DNA from: Azolla caroliniana
Taxonomy: Eukaryota > Plantae > Polypodiophyta
Length of the DNA stretch: 64,000 bases
Direction of reading: 5' to 3'
Assembly (NCBI GenBank): GCA_043228905.1
Contig: JBHGNT010000021.1
Span: 5,704,001-5,768,000, forward strand
The position numbers and the translations under genes were made by a program. Every line of letters begins with the position of its first letter. Positions within the stretch are counted from its first letter, which is position 1. Below the pieces are notes generated by a model, which saw only the letters and a list, made by a program, of their open reading frames with translations, searched no databases and was not told where the DNA came from. Shown here piece by piece: positions 55,241-64,000 of the stretch.

Positions 55241-58200
55241 ATGGCTGCTCTGTGTTCCATCTTCTTACCACTCTCACCTCATCGCTACCACCAGGTAATC
55301 TATCTCGCACTGTATAAATTGATTGCTTTCCTGGATAGAGGTGACCAGGTAATGTTTCATTTCTCTCCCTAATATCTTCGTTATCGGAAGCATTGCTTGC
55401 ATCGATTTGGCCAGGTAATGTTTTTTTTGTGTGTTAACATTTCTCTCTTTCTAATAAAGAATTGCTTGCGGTCTTGCTTAGACTTTGACAGAAAATCTTA
55501 TTTTTCACTGTTACTTTTTGTTTCTTTCTCGCAAATATATTAGTTGCTTCCCTTGTTAAATTGGCCAGATAATATTTTCCGCTGTAATTGTTTGCTTCTT
55601 TCGCAAAATCGATTCCTTTCTTGTATAGATTTGGCCATGTAAAGATTCACTGTAATCTTTTCGTTTTAGAAAGAAGCCTTGTATTGTAGATAGTTAGGTT
55701 TTTAAGAAAGAAATGAGAAGTGTAAAATCGTCATGGTTTCTACATGTACATCCTACTTCACAATTTCTTAGAAATAGCCTTTTTATTTCTTGGTTAGATT
55801 TGGTATGGAAATGAATTGGCAAGAAGTGGAAAGTTGGAGATGGTTAGGTTATTAAGGAAGAAGTAGAATGCTGGAGATCGGAGTTTTATGGAAGAAATGG
55901 CGCGTGGACCATTTCTACATATACTTGCAACTTTTTCACATGTCCTTACAAATAGCGTCTTCCTGCATGCATGGATTTTGTCTAAAATTGAATTGGTAAG
56001 AAGAAGCAAGCAGTGGCATGTGGAGGCCGTGAAGATTTTTAAAGAAGTATCTAATCTGAAAATGAATTGATAAGAAGAAGTTTATTGTGAAAGTTAGGAT
56101 TTTAAGGATGAAGTGCCAGTTGGAAGAAGTGTCATCAGTTAGGAAGAAGTGTCATATGGAGATGAGAGGGTCTTAAGTAAGGAGCACATGCAAACTGGAG
56201 GATTCTAAGGAAGACTGGAAAACATGTTGCTAAAGAACACAAATACTTTGTCGAAATAGTAGGATTTTAAGGGCTCCTTCCTTGTCAATGATCAATTCAC
56301 GTTTGTAAATTAAGGTCCATTTAAATCTACATAGATTATACGAATATGAACTTCAGGAAGGTTGTCTGGTTTAAAAGAGTATATATGAAGGATCTATGCA
56401 AAAGGAGGATTCTAAGGAAGAGTAGAAAACATGTTGCTAAAGAACACAAACATTTTGTCGAAATAGTAGGATTTTAAGGGCCCCTTCCTTGTCAATGATC
56501 AATCCACGTTTGTAAATTAAGGTCCATTTAAAATCTACATAGATTGTACAATATGGATTTAAGGAAGGTTGTCTGGTTTTTAAAAGAGTATATATAAAGG
56601 ATCTATGCAAAAGGAGGATTCTAAGGAACAGTGGAAAACATGTTGCTAAAGAACACAAACATTTTGTCGAAATAGTAGGATTTTAAGGGCCCCTTCCTTG
56701 TCAATGATCAATCCACGTTTGTAAATTAAGGTCCATTTAAAATCTACATAGATTGTACAATATGGATTTAAGGAAGGTTGTCTGGTTTTTAAAAGAGTAT
56801 ATATAAAGGATCTATGCAAAAGGAGGATTCTAAGGAACAGTGGAAAACATGTTGCTAAAGAACACAAACATTTACTATTGTCGAAATAGTAGGATTTTAA
56901 GGGTCCCTTCCTTGTCAATGATCAATCCACGTTTGTTAATTAAGGTCCATTTAGAATCTACATAGATTGTAATGAATATGGAGTTAAGGAAGGTTGTCTG
57001 GTTTAAAAGATAAGGATCTATGCAACTGACAAAAATCCTGAAACTAGGTCTGATGCTAAGGTAGCATGAGAGAAACTCCAATATCATGATAAAGATGGCC
57101 GAGGAAGGAGCATGCATGCATTGGTATAACAAAGTTAAGCAGAAATGTGTGTCAAGTAGAAGACAAGCAATGGTACAAAAAGATTAGCTGAAATCGGTAC
57201 AAAAAACTAAAATGCACCTGAACTAGATGGTCACAAGGCATGCTGTAGTATGGAAGGTTAAGGCGTGTTGAAAAAGTTTGGACCTTACAATGTCCTTGGT
57301 TTTCTTGGTGTGAACACATCCATTGTAATTCTCCCTGGGTTACATTTCTAAACTGTTCTTATTGGTTTCTAAATATTCAGCTACGAAGGGTTATTCCCTC
57401 GTTAGCATTTAGGATTGAATCAAGTTAAAAGGAGAGATGATATGCTGAAGAAACTAAAAAATTAAACCAGTTTCTTTTTATAAAGAAAAAAAGAAATCAC
57501 AGAATCATAAATAGTAGTCTTATGGATTATTATAACTATGTAGGATGCAATAAAGTTAGGATATGTGCTGAAAACAATCACAAGTTAAACTGGTTCTTCT
57601 TTTTAGGACAGAGAAAATTTCAGAATCATAATCAGGACATTTTTATGAACTCTAACGTTCTTTTCATTTATATTTCTGGAATTATTTAACTAAAATATTT
57701 ATACTTGTTTTGTGAAAGGTTTATCCATACAGGTCTCTGCAGATCGCCGAAAGTCTATTTAGCTTCAACTTTGAATGGCCATGTTTATCCAATAGACAGT
57801 ATGCAACATTAAGGTCTATCACTATGTTTTACACTATAACAGTGACCTCATTTCATCCGTGTTGAAACCTTGTTTATTGAAGATTTCTCCATTTAGTTTT
57901 TTGCAGAGAAGTGAAAATTATATCACAAGTTCAAAGTGACCAATTAAATAGTTCAGGAAAGAAGAAAATTGCCAACCTTTTTGTTGAAAGGAGGCAAACA
58001 ATTCCACTTCCTATCCATTTCTGCAATAATACAGGGAAACTGAAACCATTAGATGAGTTTTTGCGTCATCAAGCAGGAATGGAATCCATGCTGAACATCA
58101 ATTCTCTGCAAAGTTATGAGCAAATTGGTGGCAATACGTTCAGGTACTTTACTTCTTCATCATAACTGAGTGGATCTAAAGAATGGATTGAATCAATCTC

Positions 58201-60407
58201 TGTTGTTGAATTTCTATATATGTTATTATTCATATCTAACTGTTTGTTCCACCTTTTGAAAACCTTGGTTTATTCAAACCAACATAAACATCAATATCAA
58301 TATCAAAACAGATTGTTTATTATGTGGCTGCATGGTTTGCTTTGTCAGGACATATTTTTGCTTAATTGAGAGAAGGTTCTATCATTTTATGATGATGCTC
58401 GTTTGGATCTTGGTGGAGATGCAGGTGTATGCTACCAAAGATGGAAATTTTAGATTTTGAAGTGGCTCCTATAGTGGATCTTTATGTTTCATCTAATCAG
58501 CAGGAATGCGTGGTTGAAATGTTGTCATGCAAGGTGAGTATTATACATGTAATTTGTATTTTCTTATTTTCACTTCACTGGATGATCACAATCATGCTGT
58601 TGTATATAAGTGAATTAATGAAAAATGTTAATAATAATATTTGTATCATTGACAGTCTTTTTCTACATTGGAGAAAATCATATTCGTTGACATTATGTAC
58701 ACCTATTAAGTTCTCAATATCTTATGATACATTTATCCATGCCTTTTTACTGTACTTAGGCAAGAGTAGGATCTCAGTTTTTATGCAACTTCAAAACACC
58801 TTTTCCAAAAATGTAGAGAGATATGGTGACCACAAATGCTAAGAGCAGCATCTGTTGTGCTAACGTTCCACCCAATGCAAGTTCTCGCAAAAGCTTTTAT
58901 TCAGAAAAAAGAGAGATACATTGACGAGATCAAAATGGCCTAACAGACTGAACAAGATACTATATCTGAAAATGTTCTCACAATATGCTGGAATATATAT
59001 ATATATATATATATATAAATTCCTGATTTATGGTTTGATCAGTTTTCACCAGGTCCAGAACCCCCTCTACCCCTGACTCTTCATGCATTTAATATAACAG
59101 ACTAAATGCATTATTATTATTATTATTATTTTAATCACATTATCATCTTGTAAGTTCATATATCCCACAACTTTTCACATATTCAGTAACATAATCTTCT
59201 ATATATCCAGAGGTGGAAGTACTTCCGGAACATCAGAATGTCGAGCATCTTGAAAATCTTGCAGTTGATATATACCACTGAAATTACTAGAATTTAAAAT
59301 TTTGAGATTTTTATGTCTCAATAGAACTACCCCCCCTGTGTCTGACATGCCACTTAAGATGTCAATTGTGTATAAATATGAGATTTAAAGAGAAGCAACT
59401 TCTCCATTCTTGTAGAAAAAATTGCTGTTAGATGTACAGGAGGCCCTTAACAGACAGTTACAAGCTTATATATTGCATGGAAGTTTTAATTTGGTCACAT
59501 GTTCATTTTCTTTGCAATGATGTAATTGTCATCTTATTTAAGTCTGTTAATCTGACAATTTCCACTCATGGCACAGTTTCAAGGGTCTGAAATTGTTGAG
59601 AGCCAAAATAAACGATTTTCAGGTATTTTGTACCTTTCTTAGCTTAATGCATCCTAAGATAATTAGTTACCCTAGAATGAAATGTGCTACTATAAATATT
59701 TTAGAATGAGTAGTTACCCTAGAAAATAACTAGTGCCAAGGAATGGTGAGGTGCTATTTACAACATTTTGACGATACACTGAAAATAAGGGTTCTGACTG
59801 TTGTTTGAGAATCAGGATGTTAAATGCAAGAGAAAAAAAACAAAATCATTGGTGATAAGCAGTCATTATCCATAGTTTGTACTTGACTGTAAAAGGAATA
59901 CTCTCTACATAAATAGTTTATAATGCTTGTATTTACAGCAAGTATGCGCAATCACTTAACATGGGACTCAAATTCTGGCACCAACAGTGAACTGAATGTA
60001 CACATGCAGTTGAATGTTGCTTTGGAGGTAGCATCTGTCATATTTCTTTCCCTCTGTTTGAATACTCTGTTTTTAGAGATTTATCATTGCAATGGCAATT
60101 ACAAGGTCACTTTTTTTAATTGTTTAGTGTTGTGTTTATACAGGTGTATACGCTTCCATTCACAGTCCTGCCACTTTCAGCTGTGGAACTACCAGGAAAT
60201 GTGTATGTTTCTGAATTTTATATACGTAAATAGACAAGTCAATTTTCTTACAATTTTTGTATGCCATGCAGAATACTGCAAGCAATGGTGGACCGCATGG
60301 TACCAGTATTCATTGAGCATTTGCTTGATGATTACTACAAATGGTCACAATTGGATGATGTAAAAGAAACACCTGCAACAAAAATGTTCGAAAACTCTAC
60401 CTCATAA
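55241..60407 (+). CDS. DUF1997 family (SRPBCC-like) protein, probably plastid-targeted, eight exons
   Basis: Exons 55241-55294, 57719-57813, 57907-58143, 58425-58533, 59577-59622, 59939-60027, 60144-60202 and 60272-60407 join in frame. Motifs FEVAPIVDL, EMLSCKFQGS, QNKRFSASMRNHLTW, VYTLPF and LLDDYYKW. Confidence 0.85.
56199..57025. repeat. ~210-bp tandem repeat x4 in intron 1 of the DUF1997 gene
   Basis: GGATTCTAAGGAA...AAAACATGTTGCTAAAGAACACAAA at about 56200, 56407, 56617 and 56827. The central copies are near identical. Confidence 0.93.
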
Positions 60408-61439
60408 TTGCTTTATAAAATATTAGTACATGCTCAATATACATTTACATATATATATATATATATATACCCGATTATTGCAGATCAATTCTTCATTACT
60501 CTACAGTAAAAAATGCATATGATCCTCCAAAATGGATATTTGCATATTTTGGCAACTGTAAGGTTGCATATATTATTTATATACACATTTTGAGTATCAT
60601 TAGGCTTTTTGCAAATTCAATGTAGTGAGTCAATTCATCCATGTAAGGAAATGATCAATATTCAGTAATTTTCAACCAATGAGCACAACCTGTTTATTCC
60701 AAGTCAATCCAAAGGAACATGACTATGCACAAACATGGCTCAAACCTCTTATGTCCGATATTAAAAGTCAGAACAGTCTATAAAATGGTAAACACATCAA
60801 ACCTATCCAATCAAATAGAGACAAAATTAGCACATTTTTTAATCATATACAATTGCAATTTACAGAGGAATTATCCTGACTGTCAGACAATGGATTCATG
60901 TATTTTAGATTGTATAGGTCTATTTGATGACGTAATCAGCCATACACACAGTATTACAGACCACATTTACCTTTTGAAATAATTTAGACTGTTACTGTGA
61001 CTTGTGTTGGCAAGGTGTGATCCATCTCTTTCGAAACTCATGCACAACGTGGGTGTAGATGGTAGTGTTCGGAACCTTTTTATTTACTTCCATCTTACCC
61101 ATGGATTTCAGCAAAATCCTGAATTTCTATCACCTTCCAAGTTATATCTACCCGCAGTACCTATTTTATTACTCCATTATTCGATTAGTTCATTTACTAC
61201 CAATCATTATGTGTGGTCTGCTTCTCGTTATGAATTGTAGTTGAAAAATGAGTTTCTTTATACTCACAAAAGAAGAAGAATGAGATATAGCAACTCTCTG
61301 CCTTCTTCACCGACACTCTGATTAAATGCATGAACTCTGATAGCTTTCAGCAATACTATGACTACTTCAGTAACACGCTGACCTTGCATCCATTTGAAAC
61401 CTTGATAATAGTAACAAATTCTGCCTTTAGATCTATATA

Positions 61440-61765
61440 AAGGTCACTTTTACAACTCAGTTAAAACTGCTCTCTGTGAGTGTTCACAGATTCGGCGTGC
61501 GTGTAGAACAAGTCTATGAAGCTCACTTTTAGAACTCATGTGGAGCTGCTTTCTGTGATTGCAGATTCCGCGTGTAGAACAGCTCTACCAAGGCACACTT
61601 TTACAACTCATTTGGAACTGCTTTCTGTGAGTGCAGATTCAGCGTGTAGAACGGCCCTACGAAAGCACACTTTTACAACCGCTTTCTGTGATTGCAGATT
61701 CAGCGTGTAGAACAGCTCTACGAAAGCACTCTTTTACAATCATTTGGAACCGTTTTCTGTGAGTG
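61440..61765. repeat. ~60-65-bp minisatellite (about five copies) between convergent genes
   Basis: CACTTTTACAACTCA...CTGCTTTCTGTGATTGCAGATTCAGCGTGTAGAACAGCTCTAC repeats. Confidence 0.85.
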
Positions 61766-61924
61766 TTGACAGCAGCAAACGAGGATATTTGGAGACCAAC
61801 CAAACACACAAAGAATGCCTCGACCAGAGAATCCTCTATCGTCAGGTTTTCTTACCTTTAGTCTTCATTGAAAACTTTACCACTTATTTTCCTTTCTTTG
61901 AGCATCTCGTCACAAAGGAATTTG

Positions 61925-63966
61925 TCAACCATCTTTATTACAGAAGCGTCTGATGTTCACCAGAATCCTTGACAAGAGATAAAACAAGAATCTTGAGAGC
62001 AGAAATGACACTGTAAACATTAGCCATAGATTCTCACTCTTTGACAGCTTCCATCTGTGATCCAAGGTATAACTCATCGCTGCAGTACCACTTTCAGTCT
62101 TAGAGGAGACGAGCGTAGGGAAGACACCTGAAAGAATTATTTGTGCAAAGAATATATAATTTGCCACCTGTAAGATGTAATATAACATTGCTTTTTTCCT
62201 AACAGTAATTTATAACATAGCTTTGCATTCACCAGGTTACCTGTTAATTTTGTGTAGAAAAGGCCAATAGATTCAAAAGTACGAGGTCCATAATAACGAG
62301 TTTGTTTTCTTTTGTTGTACAAGAAAAGGGCCGGTATACTGTAGACTCCATGTTGAGAAAGTGCACTGTCACGATAAAGAAACAATCTGAATAAAATTAG
62401 AAAGACAAGCAAAGAAATGTAATGAATCCTTCTTATACCAAAATATATGAAAGTTTGTTGCATATTTTAACAAGACTGGAATATTCTGACCACAAACACT
62501 TAAAGCGTATGCCAAATGAGCATGAGATAGACAGAGAGAAAATATATAAATAAAAATAGAGACTGAAATTCTATTAGTTGAAGTAATGAGTGTACAAACA
62601 TCCTTGAATATTTGATCTATAGCATAAAATCTCTGAGAAAAAGACCTAGCATAAAATTACCTCCCTCTGATATATTCTTTGTGGAAAATAATCATTTTAT
62701 CCCAGATAATCCTATAATATAATAATTTCACATTCGACATAAATATCTGCAACACACATGAATTTCTCTGTTGCGGTTCACACATGAGAATGATAGGCAG
62801 CCAAGGTATCTATTTTCCACACTATTTCCATTCATAATCTGTGCAGTCTTTAAAAAACCTGAACGGAAAAATATCAAATCGCCTCAAAAATCTATACGTG
62901 GTCTTGAAGTTGAGGCTTTTTGACTAGATTTCTCTAAGCTACAGGCGCTCACACTTCAGTATTAACGTAAGGCAACATCATATCTTGAAGCAGTATTGTT
63001 GTCAAAACATAACTTGTAAACGTTAGCCAAATTCGGGGCAGAGTTATTATAAAACTTGAATGAAAATTGAACGAAATAACTGACGAATACTAGTATTTAA
63101 ATTTACAATATTATAATACCTAGCAATTTGTTCCTAGGTTTCTTAGATTTATTAAAGTAACACTCCAATGAAATCATAAACTTTTTAAGTTAAATGATAA
63201 TCGAACTTATTAACATCTTGTCTTTACAATTCAAAAGAGGTTCTTGTGTCACAGTGTATTGATACACACTACAACCTGCTTTCCTCGGTGGAATATGACG
63301 CGTCATCATCAAACTAAGGTTTTAGAAACAGAAAAATGGTGTCTCCTTCCCTTTTAGTTAAAAAAAAAGTGTTGATAAGTCCCGGCATTAAAAATGATTA
63401 TAGCTGTAATGCAATGAAATAACAAAGGACAAAAGGCAGAGCTCCATTTCTTAGTGCAACTATTCAGAATGGATATATTTGCAAATGAATATTTATAATG
63501 CTATATTTCTACAACAGAACCATGCGTGCAAATGAATATCCATAATCGAGGAAAGCAGGACTCTGGACATCTAAGAGTATCATCCTCAGCCATTCAGTAT
63601 GGACGATGAAACTGTCCTCTACAATCTCAAAAGCATACTGGTGTGGTAAGACATAATTTTGCTATAAAGCAACCTATACTACCCTTGACCATGCATTCTC
63701 ATAGATCTGATGGTGTAATAAGGGATAACAATACATTCTTAGCCACAATCTCTATTGCAAGATGAGAAATAGTAGGATTATTATTACCTTGGCCACAAAG
63801 AAGATGATTCTATCGCAAGATGAGAAATAGTAGGAAACGACATTGCCAAAGACTCGAATGTTTCGCGAAGAGTTCTAGAAAAGGGACACCATTCTGCATA
63901 GAAAAGAACTGCAGTATACATGCGACCTCCACTCTCGAGAACCTTATCTAAACTATACACATTAAT
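61925..63966 (-). CDS. APR-like (5'-adenylylsulfate reductase-like, APRL) thioredoxin-domain protein; 5' exons lie beyond the window
   Basis: Exons 63966-63788, 62365-62241 and 62127-61925 encode AVLFYAEWCPFS...ISHLAIESSSLWPSALSQHGVYSIPALFL...RYYGPRTFESIGLFYTKLTG and a C-terminal hydrophobic segment. Confidence 0.85.
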
Positions 63967-64000
63967 CTGAGAGGAATAATAAAAAAAGATATCAGAGAAA

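Overview
Eukaryotic plant nuclear DNA. The PPR remnants, TE families and intron style suggest a fern or other seed-free plant, but this is inference. Positions 1-43 kb are a nested retrotransposon pile. An L1-type LINE ORF2 is interrupted by a young gag-only LTR element (1280-4586). It is fused to a rearranged Tnt1-like Copia that carries a duplicated LINE/LTR junction and sits in a second Copia. After a SUPERMAN-like C2H2-EAR gene comes a three-level nest: an old Copia (23160-42930), then an intact non-chromovirus Ty3/Gypsy with an extra 3' ORF (24444-39853), then a very young tRNA-Trp-primed, pol-less LTR element (24476-30063). That innermost element encodes a 1393-aa Gag-repeat protein and is almost devoid of CAG/CTG trinucleotides while rich in CG/CCG, which is the strongest signal in the window. 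Positions 43-64 kb hold four host genes: SNM1B/Apollo-like nuclease, a small conserved 102-aa protein, a DUF1997 protein and an APR-like thioredoxin protein, with intronic tandem repeats and hAT-like MITE remnants.
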